63,896 nt of DNA, filler included, from Neolecta irregularis DAH-3 (GCA_001929475.1; 14 parts of 14 records of this genome joined end to end with filler, not necessarily neighbours in it); one strand, 5' to 3'. Shown: positions 50,901-63,298, numbered from the whole stretch's first letter. Notes: generated by a model from the sequence alone, not told the origin. Translations and numbers: made by a program.

Positions 50901-53210
50901 ACAATTACTCATACCTCACCAACCAACCGGACCGCGCGATACGGGACTCCTGCGGCGAAAAAGGGAATTACTTTACAAACTAATCTTCCGAGCATCGCAA
51001 AGGAGGCCACGGAGAGTTCATCAGAGTCTGAAAGTTCACGGTTCACGACGTCAAAGGGCGGTTTTATGTTCAAGGTACCTAATTATACCGATCCAAGCCG
51101 AGAAAGTCTGTCGAATGTGCAGAGGTCGATAGCGTCGATTATCTCTGAGGGAGAGAGACCTGATACCGAACAACGTGCAGAAGTCATTGAGCCGTCGCCT
51201 GTATCGTCGAATATGTCTCCGTGTACTACGCAAGAGAGTTCCCAAGGCCAATCAGCGTTAACAACAAGTGATTTGCGATCGAGGATTGGCAGTTCAGATC
51301 GATCATTGCAAGGCCAGTCTTCGATATTGGAATCTTCGGTATTAGAAGGACAATCACCTTTTGCATTTGAAGGCAGTGCAAGTTTGATAATGGGTGACGA
51401 GTCAAGCGACGATGAAGGATTGTGGGCTGTAAAACCGGTGCACAATTCACCTACTGCAAGTCCCTTTAGCGTTCCTTGTGCAAAGGACGTTTTACCGTGT
51501 CCTGTTCGCGACCGTTTATCGCCTGTGAAAAGCGCGATGGCGAAGACGCCATCTGGTCGTAAAGTCCAGTTTCGAACTGATTCGCCTCGAAAAGATGCTG
51601 AATCGCTGTATGGGTCGTCGCCAGAGTATTATGCGGGCGACGATAAACACGGGTTGAATTCGCCTGCGGTGCATTCAGTGCAATCGTCTCATCCGTCGCC
51701 GGTAAACGCCAACGCGCCTACTCGAAGAAACTCGTTTGCTCGGCACGATGATGTCTGGGCTGTTCGACCTCCCGCGGAGGTCCTGTACGATCATCTGGAA
51801 GAATACTTTCCTGAGCATGATCTTGATAAGCCGATTATCGTCGAGACGGATACCGAGAACGCCGCGGAAGATACGGTACCGCCGTTACCTAGCCAAGATG
51901 TTCCTGTAGCCGTGGCCACAGTCAACCGAGCCATGGGTCGACAAAATAACCGGATGAAGTCTATGAGAGTAGTCGCCAAAGAAGCCAGCGAAGCGCGCAA
52001 AAGGTTTGTTGTGGTTGCACAAAGCGCTAGATTTGCCAGTATGCTTCGACGCAAGAGCACCAAAGTCTGGGGTCAAAAAGTCATGGAGATGACGCCATTG
52101 CAAGTTAAACGGGGCCAAGTAGTTGACGATGACGACGGCGTGAAAAGAGTCCGTAAGCGATTTTCCGCGACGTGTTGCTGATTCGATGTAGCGACGTTTA
52201 AATGGGTTAAAGGCGAGCTTATTGGAAAAGGGACGTATGGCCACGTTTACCTTGCCATGAATGCCGTTACCGGCGATCTCCTCGCTGTCAAACAAGTAGA
52301 AATACTGCAAGACAAAGACCGACGACGGGGCACGATAATCGATGGGTTAAACGCGGAAGTGGAAACAATGAAAGATCTGGACCATTTGAATATTGTGCAG
52401 TATCTGGGCTACGAACGTGGAGACACTGTCATCAGTATCTTTTTGGAGTATATTCCTGGAGGCTCGATTGGCCGCTGTTTAAGAAAACATGGGAAATTCG
52501 AGGGGAGTGTGATACGATCGTTGACGAGACAAACGCTTGAAGGATTAGCGTATATCCACTCTCGAGGGATTCTCCATCGTGTAATATTTGTTTCTATTTT
52601 GGGCTGAGGTTAGGATTTGAAAGCTGATAATATTCTGCTTGATCCCGATGGCGTATCCAAGATTTCAGATTTCGGTATATCGAAACGGAGTGGTATATAT
52701 TACGAGGGTGCGGTGTTGATGTGATAGAGGACATTTACGGCAACGATGCAAACATGTCTATGAAAGGAACCATTTTCTGGATGGCGCCTGAAGTGATTCA
52801 AAACCAGAGACAAGGGTATAGTGCCAAAATTGACATATGGTCATTGGGATGTGTCGTTTTGGAAATGTTTGCCGGTCGACGGCCGTGGTCTAACGATGAA
52901 GCTGTTGGAGCAATGTTCAAGGTAGACTCTTTTGGGTTCTGTTTTGATGGGTAGCTTGGGAAAGAACGATTAGCCCCTCCGATTCCAGATGATGTTAAAA
53001 CGGATTTATTACCTGCCGCCCAAGACTTTTTGCAATTGTGTTTTACAATGTACGCATTACCCTTATCATACTAACATTGCAAGTGACCCTGCGCAACGAC
53101 CTACCGCCGAAGAATTATTAAAACATCCCTTTTGTGGAGTTGATCCCAATTTTAACTTTTTCGATTCACAGTTGGCTAAAGTTTTGGAACAAAGAAAGAG
53201 TTTCAAGTAG
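47941..53210 (+). CDS. BCK1: Cell-wall-integrity MAPKKK (Bck1/Mkh1) with N-terminal SAM-like domain; spans a 10-N gap
   Basis: WDIERVTAWL..WQEAF; WAVRPPAEVLYDHLEEYFPEHDLDKPI; RRKSTKVWG; WVKGELIGKGTYG; LHRDLKADN; SDFG; MSMKGTIFWMAPEV. Confidence 0.95.
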
Positions 53211-53279
53211 GAAAGTAACGCGGATATTATTTATTGGATTATGTAGTGTAACATCAATTCTGCCCTGTGATGAACGCAT

Positions 53280-53422
53280 AGTATTTTTGAGCGACGTCAA
53301 TTAGTCAATTAGTCGCTAGAGCACAGTATTTTTGAGCGACGCAATTGATCGCTAGGGCACAGTATTTCGAGCGACGTCAATTAGTCAATTAGTCGCTAGG
53401 CACAGTATTTCGAGCGACGCAA
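53280..53422. repeat. Minisatellite with alternating ~45-bp and ~36-bp units running into the gap
   Basis: agtattt(t)tgagcgacgtcaattagtcaattagtcgctag(a)gcac alternating with agtattt..gagcgacgcaattgatcgctagggcac. Confidence 0.9.
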
Positions 53423-53522
53423 NNNNNNNNNNNNNNNNNNNNNNNNNNNNNNNNNNNNNNNNNNNNTTAATTAATTAANNNNNNNNNNNNNNNNNNNNNN
53501 NNNNNNNNNNNNNNNNNNNNNN

Positions 53523-54561
53523 AAGATAGGGGCGCCTTTGGCTATATAAGCCACTGTAAGGAGGCCTGGTTAGCCATCATCCTTACAAACAGGAAACACC
53601 AGAAGAGCAATTGACACAGCAAAAGCAGCAAACTCAACAACAGGATGAAGCCCAGCAAGAGCAACACAAGCCACAACCGATAGCAGAAGGCAGAAACATC
53701 AGGACAACTATAGCGTCAGTAATGGCAAGTACCGGGAACCTCACCCACAATCCAAGATATAGCGAACAACAAGTAATTTCAGCACAGCAGAGACAAGCAA
53801 GCAACAGTGGAATCGATGAGGAAAGGAGGAGTATAGATAGAGAAATGGAGGACAGTTCAGAGCGAGATAAGCAGGAAGCCAGAGAAGAAATAACCCATGT
53901 GCAGGAAAGTGGAAAATCCGTTCCAATAAAAACTATACCAATTAGAAGAAGAGTAATGTCAAAGAGAGAGAAACCAGCCAGAGAAAGAGCAAGAGAAAGA
54001 ACAGAGGTGATTTGGAGGTGGAAAAAAGTTGTTGAACATAGAGAGGGAGTAGCAAGGAAGATTGTAAATAGTAAGGGGAGGCAGAAAAAGCAGAAACTGT
54101 AGGACAAATTGAACCAGGAAAACCAGGAGAACAGCGAGAGATAGAGGAAAGAAGGACAGGAGGACAGGGACTATGGAAATGGGGAGGCTGAGCAGGATCA
54201 GGAGGAGGAGCGCACTGTGGTAGGAAGTGATGGTGGGGAACAACCAACCCACCATGACAATAGAGAATAAGAAACACCAAAAACAAATACACGAATCAAT
54301 CAGTTACTATGAGTCAGAGAGATAGCAGCAGATTCGATGTATAAATCGAAAATTCAGCAAGTAATTACAGCAAACAAGAGATGGAGACCAGCAACCAAGT
54401 TCACTCTAGGACACCTTGTCCTAGTATCAACAAAAAACATGAACCCCAAAGATGGCAGCACCAGAGAGTTCATGCCCAGAGGGATAGAACCATTTTGTAA
54501 GTATGCTATGCATACTCACAACGTTCACAGTGGTCAGCACACAGTGTCACGTGACCCGCGA
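53523..54561 (+). mobile_element. Degenerate gypsy-type retroelement contig
   Basis: Strongly purine-skewed; ANKRWR..LGHLVLVSTKNMNPKDGSTREFMPR parallels the integrase tail at 45500-45610. Confidence 0.7.
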
Positions 54562-54661
54562 NNNNNNNNNNNNNNNNNNNNNNNNNNNNNNNNNNNNNNN
54601 NNNNNTTAATTAATTAANNNNNNNNNNNNNNNNNNNNNNNNNNNNNNNNNNNNNNNNNNNN

Positions 54662-56860
54662 TTGACAATTGGTTGAATTTAAAGCACAAACCAAGAACGT
54701 CGTACCGAGATTGATATCGATATTAGTGGACGCAGTCAAGTTGCCAGATCCGTTTGACGTGAAAACACCAGACGTACAGATCTGAACGCCAGAGACGTTG
54801 ACACAAATATCGTTCGTAAAGGTAACACTATTCGATGGAGTACCAGGAGTCGTGGGTAAAGCAATGTTTGACAGGGCTCCAAGGGATACAGCTGAGCAAC
54901 CGGCAGGAACGGTTTGGCTAAAGGACGACAACAAGAAAAGGTTCCCAGTAGCTCCTCCGACTTGACAAGCGTAGAAAAAGGCCGGGCTTCCAGTTGGTGA
55001 AATGAAAGTAAGACTCGATCCAGCCTGACGTTTGTGAGACAGAGGAGAAGCCCAAGTTTGACTCCATCCATATGATGGCTCATTGTCAACATCATAATTA
55101 ACAGGGCGGTCAGAGTCTTTATTGATGATAGCGAAAAAGCCTTCTAGGAATCGCAAGAAACCGTTTATGAACTGGAAGGAGGTCCCTGGTCCTTTCGTGA
55201 GAATAATATGGCCCATAGCACCCGAGCCAGAGAGCGTGAGGCTCATGCCTACCAAAGCCGAGTTGCTGGAATTATCGATAATGATAATAAATTCTGCTGT
55301 ACCAGGAGTCGGCGTTGAGTTAATCGAGGAGGTGCTCGTAGCAGAATTGTTCGTTGCTGATGAAGATGTGCCAGTTGGGGCAGCTGATCCAGTCGGGACA
55401 GGTATGTTGGAGGATGATCCAGTCGTAAATGAAGCTACATGAGAAGACGAGGTACTGGCGGCTATTGAACTTGAACTGGGTGCAACAGAGGATGATGCCA
55501 CAGAAGACGAGGTACTGGCGGCTATTGAACTGGAACTGGAGCTAATCGGAGGGACGTAGGCTGCTGGATTCATTGCGACCAAAGTGACAGAAGAACAAGT
55601 ATTACCGGCAGTGCCGGTTGAGGAGACAAGAACCAAATCACTCCCGGAAGGGCAGACCCAAAATGATTGTGTTACTGATGTGGCTCTGTTAACATACGTA
55701 ATGACACCTGCCGCAGAGTATACAAAGTTTTCGTCGCTATTCTAAAAATGTAAGATTAAACAAGAAAATGGAAAAGGTACCGTGGTTGGCGCCACACCTA
55801 TAGTTACAGGCAACCCGCCTGGAACATCACCATTAGTAATCCACACTCTTAGCGAATTGTCATAGATATTCTGGGAAACGCCATCGTGGAAAAACGTTGT
55901 TGGATTGGTTCCATTGACATAGATACGCATAGTTGCGAGATTTTCCGTCAAAGCAAGACCAACAAGTGTAGTATTAGATGAGGCTGAAATGACAATAACT
56001 GATGCAAATCAGCATAGACATTTAACGTGAAACCTACCTGACGAATTGACGGCAGGGGGAGGGAGAGAGAACGGTGAAGGGGGCAGATTGCGGAGAAACA
56101 GATTCACCTGGACAGGTGAAGTACAGGTAGGAGGAACACTATCTCCTGGGGCTAAAACGCCCAGGATGACGACAGGCCCAACTGTACATTTATAGAAGGT
56201 AATGCCGTTGTTCTTGTTGAAGGTCAATTGTCCAAAGTTGTCAACGGTGAAATTCTGGTATTTGGTAGTAGCGGATGCTGTGTCGGGCAACGCATAGAGC
56301 ATAGGACCGGTGGTTGCGATTCCGAGGGCAGCGAAAATCGAGTTGTAAAGAGCGCCATTGCCGAGAACGTAGAGGCCAGACGGTCCCCCGATTGGACTGA
56401 GAAAAACAGGAGTATCGAGGAAGGGGGTGTAAACAAACGTGCTAGGAGGGCCTGGTACAACAGGGCGGGCCTCGATCGCTGGGGCTATTAGGTTGTGTGC
56501 AGGTGCGGGAGCAGCGCACAGTAGGTGTTAAGCTGCGCATAGACAGAGACGGAAAAGGCGAATGCCGCGATGGCAGCAGAAGAACGAGAACGCATTGCAC
56601 AGGGCGAAAGACGGACTTGGGTAAGGAACAAGGGCGGGAAACAGCCAACGAGCGTGAGTGTTGGGCCTGCCTCGCCGTCTCGCTCGGCGGCTTTAACGCC
56701 TGGCAGGAATGCAAACGCGCCCGCGAGGAGTCTTGCGCCGCGAGCATCCGTGCTGCAATCGCCAGCCTTGGTTCAAGGCTGCGCGCGCTTTCGCAGTACG
56801 CGGCAGCCCGCGTGTAAGTGTTGGAGCTCGAGTACAATAAGATCAGGTTATATTTCCTTA
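54662..56860 (-). CDS. Ser/Thr/Pro-rich multi-module cell-surface protein fragment (both ends missing)
   Basis: Repeated modules (I..SSN..LVG..LT; LT(F/Y)..F(Y/W).C..G..C..V.L) separated by S/T/P linkers and introns; 60-bp-spaced internal repeat at 55443 and 55503. Confidence 0.7.
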
Positions 56861-57567
56861 ATCTAAGCTTGTAGGCGTNNNNNNNNNNNNNNNNNNNNNN
56901 NNNNNNNNNNNNNNNNNNNNNNTTAATTAATTAANNNNNNNNNNNNNNNNNNNNNNNNNNNNNNNNNNNNNNNNNNNNTAATCTTTGAAATGTCGAGTAC
57001 TTTTTGTCGTCGACTCCCATCTTCCCATTGTCTTTGATCTTCGCTCAGTGTTGTCACTTCCCAATCCGTGTTTAATACTTGTGTAACCATAGCAGTTACA
57101 GCAGTACTGAGCTCTGGTAAGTGGCCAGTCAAGGAATCGATCTACATGAGGCAGACAGAGGATGCAGAGTGGAGCAGCGTGTGAGGAGTCAGGGCAGCAC
57201 TGGTAGTCTCACCACCTAATTGATCCACAGACCATCTAGATATCATGTGAATAGCCTCAAGTATTTGTCTTTGCACCAAGTCAAGTTGAGATGGCAACAT
57301 TTCACTAATATCCAATACAACCGAATCACTCAATTATCATATTCAAAAACATCCAATATCCAGAAACACCTAGACCCCCCCAGAACCTTCAGATCCCTCA
57401 ACTCATTCCGATCCCTCCCCCCAAAGAAGCTCTGGGAAATCAGTGTCCAAGCTGCCTCTCTCGGTCTCAGCTTATTTCAATTACTACAATAGAGCTCAGC
57501 CGTTACGCTCTCTGACCCGTCACCTTATCTCAGTATTGTCTTTCCTTGTTTCTCACCCACCTAGACC

Positions 57568-57748
57568 TGTAGGGCCGCCTTGCCAGCACTGGCTATAAAA
57601 AGAGGCCCGTTTCCTCTCTTTTTCAATAGCCAATCGCATTACTCTCTTCTGTAGTCAGGTTTAAGATCCGGAAGCCCAATACCACTGCACTCACCAACAA
57701 ACAACCACAAAACCCCCATAAACCTTGAGCTGCAACCTGCGTGTGACA
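57568..57748 (+). mobile_element. Possible short LTR
   Basis: TGTAG..CTATAAAA..GTGACA next to degenerate retro-like sequence. Confidence 0.35.
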
Positions 57749-57940
57749 ACAGAACCTACAGAGGCTGAAACTGAAGTGAATCAAAAATAGCCATTTGGCT
57801 TGCAGCAGCAGGACTGTCTCAGATGGTGAAGCCTATATCAAAAAATTGAAACAGTAAGAGAAACATAAAACCATGGGATAAAGATTCCCGATATAAACTA
57901 AACACCCTACCTGGGTCACCCAAATTTCAACATATCCAAC

Positions 57941-59149
57941 ATGATGCTCAAGGTCCTCTGTTTGGTCACACTTTGTACTATTAGTGCGGCAAAATATCTC
58001 GAGAATTTCACAGAGATTTCAACCCGAGTCACTATAAACCAGCAGAAATCAGAAAATTTCTATATAAAGAATATGGATATGGACCAAGCAAAAGAAGAAT
58101 GCGCGCGACAATGCCTGTTGATCCCATACTTTTGCCACTCTTTTATCGTTCATGACCAATTTCCGAAAGAATGTCAAATGTTTACCACATCTGAGGCAAA
58201 CTGGATCTCTAATCTTTCTGATTCCGACATTGAAGTGAAGTTATACTTGTAAGCGCTCGCAAGTAATGATAGATTTCTGACAACTAGGACACTTCAGCCA
58301 GAACAAGTTCAAGACATTGCTGCAAGGTTGTCCCATAATGATGAAAAGCAGGAAGATTGGGCTAGTGACATTCAAACTAAATATGGAATATGGCAAAAAT
58401 ATCCTGATCAAAGACAGTTACATCAACAAGTTCTAAGGATCTGCAACATTGCCATACATGGCGAACCACCAATGTCGGTACACATTGAACGACAACTTAT
58501 GGACCTAACCCTAAATTCATGGGCACAGCATTCGACCAACTCAGACACCTTATTGAAAGGGTTTGACACTATTGTATTCACTTTTCTCGAAATATTCAGC
58601 AAGAATGCTGAACAAGATGTCTCCACTTTTTACGATCCAACCAAGAAGACGCTTTCCATTCAAAGTAAAGACCTCTATCTGTTTATCGTTTCATGCTGTC
58701 CTGGACATTATGAAATATTCCGGCACACTAAATCTCTAAAAGATCTCATGCAATTGACGATAGCAGCAGACAACCTTCAAATCGACGATGGACAGAATGA
58801 TGCTTTGGAGCTATTTAAAAACGCAGTGGCTCGTGATGGCATATTTGCTACCATCCCTTATCCTCCAAAAATGGTTAAAGTTTTCCCCAGGACAGATGAT
58901 GAGCAATCGATTGCAGCAGCAGCATTGATCACGGTGGCTGAGGCACTTTTTCGACCTCAATCTCTCTCAAGATGGATTTCGAGTACCCGGGAGACAATAA
59001 TGTATCGCGATATCGTAACAGCAGTGCTCTCTAGCGTATATGAAAAGATTCGAGCCCGTCCGTTTCACACCAGTTTGTTCAAAAAGGCCAAAACTGGCGC
59101 TTTAACTGACATAACCATAAACAATGGTCAGACGCAGCTATTTTTGTAA
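57941..59149 (+). CDS. Secreted protein, PAN/apple-like header plus cargo type 1; 389 aa; intron 58249-58287
   Basis: Signal peptide MMLKVLCLVTLCTISAA; YLENF; EECARQCLLIPYFCHSF..CQMF; GTAAGC..CTGAC..TAG phase-2 intron. Confidence 0.85.
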
Positions 59150-59275
59150 TAGTTTGTATGCATGATAATAGAGTANNNNNNNNNNNNNNNNNNNNNNNNN
59201 NNNNNNNNNNNNNNNNNNNTTAATTAATTAANNNNNNNNNNNNNNNNNNNNNNNNNNNNNNNNNNNNNNNNNNNN

Positions 59276-60424
59276 GGCAGGGTGGTAACCCCTCAGACCT
59301 GTAGGGGGCTAGTGGTTAGGATTATACCGCAGTTTACCTACCGTAAAGGAGGTAAACCCACAATCGTAGATTGTTGGAAACGGGGAAAAACTAGCAAGGG
59401 GCTAGGGAGTGAATTGAGAAGATTTACAAAATTTCAAGAAACAGATAATACAAAATTTACATTAGATACTTATTTACCCAAATTAACGAATAGTAGTGAG
59501 GTTTATGTACCAAACGGTAAAGATACAACAAGCATATTAAGTAAAGATCATAATATAATAAAATCACTAAGCCTACATGACAACCGGGGGAATACTGACA
59601 AATTACAAAAATTTAAAAGTAAACTAATTGGATCGTACAGTGATAAAATAAACTATTATTTTATCTCACCTTATGAGAGATCTTGGAAAAGTACTTTATA
59701 TAAATTTAACCAAAAGATCCTTAGGAATAAACAATAAAATGGATAAAGAAGCAGAGAATGTATTAAAAGTACTATTCGGGGGTTATAAAGAAAATAGGTT
59801 AGCTCTAATAAGTAAACCTCAAATAAAACATTCACATAATTTAGTTGTTATACGTTTATATTATTTTATAAATAAAGGGTTTGTACATCATATATTTAGT
59901 CAAGTAATAAACCATGCCCTTAAAAATTTAAGAATTAAGAACATAAAAATAACAAAAGGTTGGCTTAATAAAGCGTATAAGTTGTTTTTAAAATATGAAC
60001 CAGCTATACGTGAGGATATATTAAAATATGACACTCAAATAAGACCGACGTTATTAACATTATTTACACAAAAAAAAGCACTACATGCTTTAATTGACAA
60101 TTCCCCTAATAAAAATATAAAGGTTATTTTTAAAAGACTAGTAGAAAAATTGTCAGCTAATACTAATTTCGCGTCAGATGAAATAGCAAACTCTCTGTTA
60201 AAGAATATTAAAAATAGACGAAAGAAAAAGCTATCAAAAAAAATTATTAATACTCTATTTAATTATCTTAGAGATGAACTTTATCTGGAAAAAAATGCAA
60301 GTTCTCTAAAAACCTCTTTACAAGAATATACTAAAAGTATACTAAATCTCTACTCTAAAAAAACCCAAAATAAGGTATTAATACATAAAGGTTTAAAATT
60401 TAAAACGATTTTAAAATTGTTTAG
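59276..60424 (+). CDS. rps3: Mitochondrial-type contig: ribosomal protein S3 (rps3/S5) 5' part in two frames, preceded by structured GC-rich sequence
   Basis: Very AT-rich, K/N/I-rich; YFISPYERSWKSTLYKFN and ISKPQIKHSHNLVVIRLYYF resemble fungal rps3 motifs WKNSIY.FN and SK.EIKHTN. Confidence 0.75.
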
Positions 60425-60524
60425 NNNNNNNNNNNNNNNNNNNNNNNNNNNNNNNNNNNNNNNNNNNNTTAATTAATTAANNNNNNNNNNNNNNNNNNNN
60501 NNNNNNNNNNNNNNNNNNNNNNNN

Positions 60525-60588
60525 CAGCGGTCCAGACCGACCAGACCAGGGGTCTTGGTCGGTCTGGTCCAGTCGGTTAGGAACCCTG
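60525..60588 (-). mobile_element. hAT-type terminus
   Basis: agaccga/ggtctggtc subterminal repeats ending GGAACCCTG (reverse complement CAGGGTTCC) at contig edge. Confidence 0.65.
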
Positions 60589-61081
60589 CCGGCGTATGCA
60601 GGCGTCTCGGAGGATCATGTGTATCTCGTTGCACTGGGCACCGTGTCTGCATCCAAGCTCGCCCGCGCCGTCTTTCCATCAAAGCAATCGAGTCGGCCAG
60701 GAATACATGGTATTCCACATCGTTCTCATCCTCCACCTCGCAGTCTTCATGTTCATGAGTGTCATGGCACTGAGGTTCGTCGAGGACAGAGCCTTGGTTC
60801 TTTAGATCGTCATTCTCGGCTTTTAAAGCCATAAGTTGAATTTCAAGCTCCCGGGTATCCACTCGAATGATAGAAGACCTAATCGGTTAAATATCTCATG
60901 GAGAGCAGGAAAGGAGAACCTACGGATCTTCAAAATTGCAGGTTACTTTTCGCCGAGAACAACTTGAGCAAGGATGCATTCGGTTGCATTTGAGTTTTCG
61001 TTTACGGCATTGCGTACAACTCAATGAAGTCCTTTTACGTTTCTTGGAGATGCCGTTAGTATATCTAGTTTCCGATGCCAT
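60589..61081 (-). CDS. Zn(II)2Cys6 transcription factor N-terminus, running into a transposon end
   Basis: KKRKRTSLSCTQCRKRKLKCNRMHPCSSCSRRKVTC, intron, coiled coil ELEIQLMALKAENDDLK. Confidence 0.85.
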
Positions 61082-62184
61082 GCTGTTCCCAATCGTTTGA
61101 GGCGGCATTGCCTGTGAAAGGAACAGGCCACGTTATAAAGAGGTCTGCGAATTGTGTGCAAAGAATGACGGCAGGGCCTTTGAGAGATAGCCAGGAAAAG
61201 AGAGTATATCCCGGAGGGATTTCCTCAGGATCGTATATATAAAGAAGGGATACCGCAGCACGGAAGACATTCCGGTAGAAGCGTTTTGATGTATTTGGTA
61301 TGTCAGACCTGGGTCGAGAGAATACATTCAAAGGTTTGTTAAGCGGGCAGACCGTGTCTGCGCATGGATCCAGACGTGCTGCTACCTGACTTCGAGCAGA
61401 GATACTGTGCCTTGGAGTCGAACAAAGTCACAGTACAACTGGCCATCCCATCGCTGAAGAGTAGTCAATCAATAGTAATCCTTTGGAGCAGGTCACATAC
61501 AGATAACTACCCGGCTTCAGAAAACAAGGCATGCAGTGCCATTGTCCAAAGCCATGTAATGTGACTGTTCCATAATTGCATGACCTCAGGAGGATTCTTC
61601 ACGGTCATGTTGGTTTTGCGTCATTTAGGTTCGACAATCGCAGAAATCAAAACTTGAGATCTTAACCCTGCCCTGCCAGCATGTACCCTTTCATCTGCAT
61701 AATATACTCCACACACATCGCAGCACTCGGCATATTCCCCTCCTTGCAAAACACCATTACCTTGCCCCCGCACCCACCCATCCCCTCATCCATTAGCCGC
61801 TGGCTATGGGAAAGGCCAGGCGGAGAGCCTGCGGGGGTGATAGCAGGCAGGACTTTTGGGCGCAGGTAGGAGAGAAAGTGGAAGAAATACAATAGTATAG
61901 GGGGTAAGGCGAGGTCGACGGGGGCAGCTCAAAAGAAGATGAGGGTGAGTAGCAGGTACTTGATGTTTCCATCGGCCCGCTTCCTCAGATGGCCATTCTG
62001 GAATTGGACAGAGTGTTCCGTCTTCAGTGCTTCAACAATCCCGTCAGATGTACTGATCATAGCCAATATCAGACTACTCTTCAGNNNNNNNNNNNNNNNN
62101 NNNNNNNNNNNNNNNNNNNNNNNNNNNNTTAATTAATTAANNNNNNNNNNNNNNNNNNNNNNNNNNNNNNNNNNNNNNNNNNNN

Positions 62185-62855
62185 GTATTTGTCAGCTTCT
62201 TACCTATTATGTATGAAATCATTCGACGGTTGACATGATATTTTAGGACTAGAAATAAATCTTTTGGCAACAGAGCTCTAAAAACTTAGTGTAGAAGTTA
62301 TTCAAGCACCTAATAGTCTTCTCAATACCCTTTTCGTACTCAACATGAGTAGCTCTGGATCAATTGTCGAGCCAATAACGATTACTATCAAGTATGGCAC
62401 AACACTGGAACAGATTTCCCTACTACGAGGCCGCATGACTGAGTTTGTTCGGCTTGATAAGAGGGATTACAAAGGTGATATTTTGACTGAACTTCGTGAT
62501 TTCCCCGAGACGTTTAGTCTGAAGCTGAATGTTATATCCTTTCACAAAGGCAATTGGCAAAACGAAGGGTTGATGATTGCTCGTAGGAACAAGGTATGCC
62601 GTCATTTTCTGAATAAATTCATCAAATTAGTTCATGTGTTGCTTAATGACAGTATGTCAAGAATTCAACATTGTCTCGCCCAGATATTTATGGCCAGGAA
62701 AGACCAAGGAAAGACCATTATACCTGCAAACCATCGACAGCTGTAGCATTTTGGTCTCGTGTCCTTTGCCTAGTCAAGACAATCCAATTTCTCCATCTGT
62801 TCATTTGGCGCCAGCTTCATCCCTGAAGAGGTCGAACCCGAAATGGAGCAACTAG
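62185..62855 (+). pseudogene. MscS-like mechanosensitive channel (Msy1/2-type) C-terminal fragment with in-frame stop
   Basis: VIQAPNSLLNTLFVLN, YGTTLEQI..LR, HKGNWQNE..RRNK-FMC; TAA at 62279-62281 in frame. Confidence 0.75.
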
Positions 62856-62859
62856 TCAA

Positions 62860-63129
62860 AAAACCTATCGACTTCACCCTGGGTGCAATATCATTCGTCG
62901 CCAACGATGATGATGCCTTTGGATCCAGTGTTGGGCATGGACCATGGACTTTATCCAGTCCATAGAAATATGTGGAAAGCTGTGATAAGTGTCAGCGAGT
63001 AAAGTCAACCACCCAAGCTCCATCGGGTTTTCTTTCATCCGTGCCAATTCCAGCATCAAAATTTAATGATATTGCAATGGACATTGTGGGACCAATGCGA
63101 GAATCAAAAGGATTCAATGGGTTATTAGA
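62860..63129 (+). mobile_element. Ty3/gypsy integrase fragment
   Basis: KYVESCDKCQRVK..APSGFL..PIPASKFNDIAMDIVGPMRESKGFN. Confidence 0.85.
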
Positions 63130-63298
63130 TTAACGCCAAAAGTTACAAGACCATGTATTATTTCTAGCAAGTGTTGTAACTCCATACAGGGACATACCTA
63201 GCCTAAGTGTCAGGCTAGGTATAACTATTGGCCTTTAATAGCCGTAATATTACTGGTCACTGTATTGGAAAGGTATACTGGTTGGATATATCTTTACA
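63130..63298 (-). mobile_element. LTR-like family L1 copy, inverted
   Basis: Reverse complement TGTAAAGATATATCCAA..tacctagcctg..gtaacttttggcgttaa matches 22788 and 46441 copies. Confidence 0.75.

Noticed and set aside
50661..50909. ~119-bp tandem duplication and frame break in BCK1
   Set aside because: Copies flank a 10-N gap; typical unmerged contig overlap
53280..53422. CRISPR-like repeat array
   Set aside because: Eukaryotic context, no unique spacers, no cas genes
53611..54292. Charged ORF and antisense hydrophobic ORFs
   Set aside because: Product of purine-skewed retroelement debris
61100..62084. Short ORFs upstream of the Zn2Cys6 gene
   Set aside because: No identifiable homology or structure; cannot support a call
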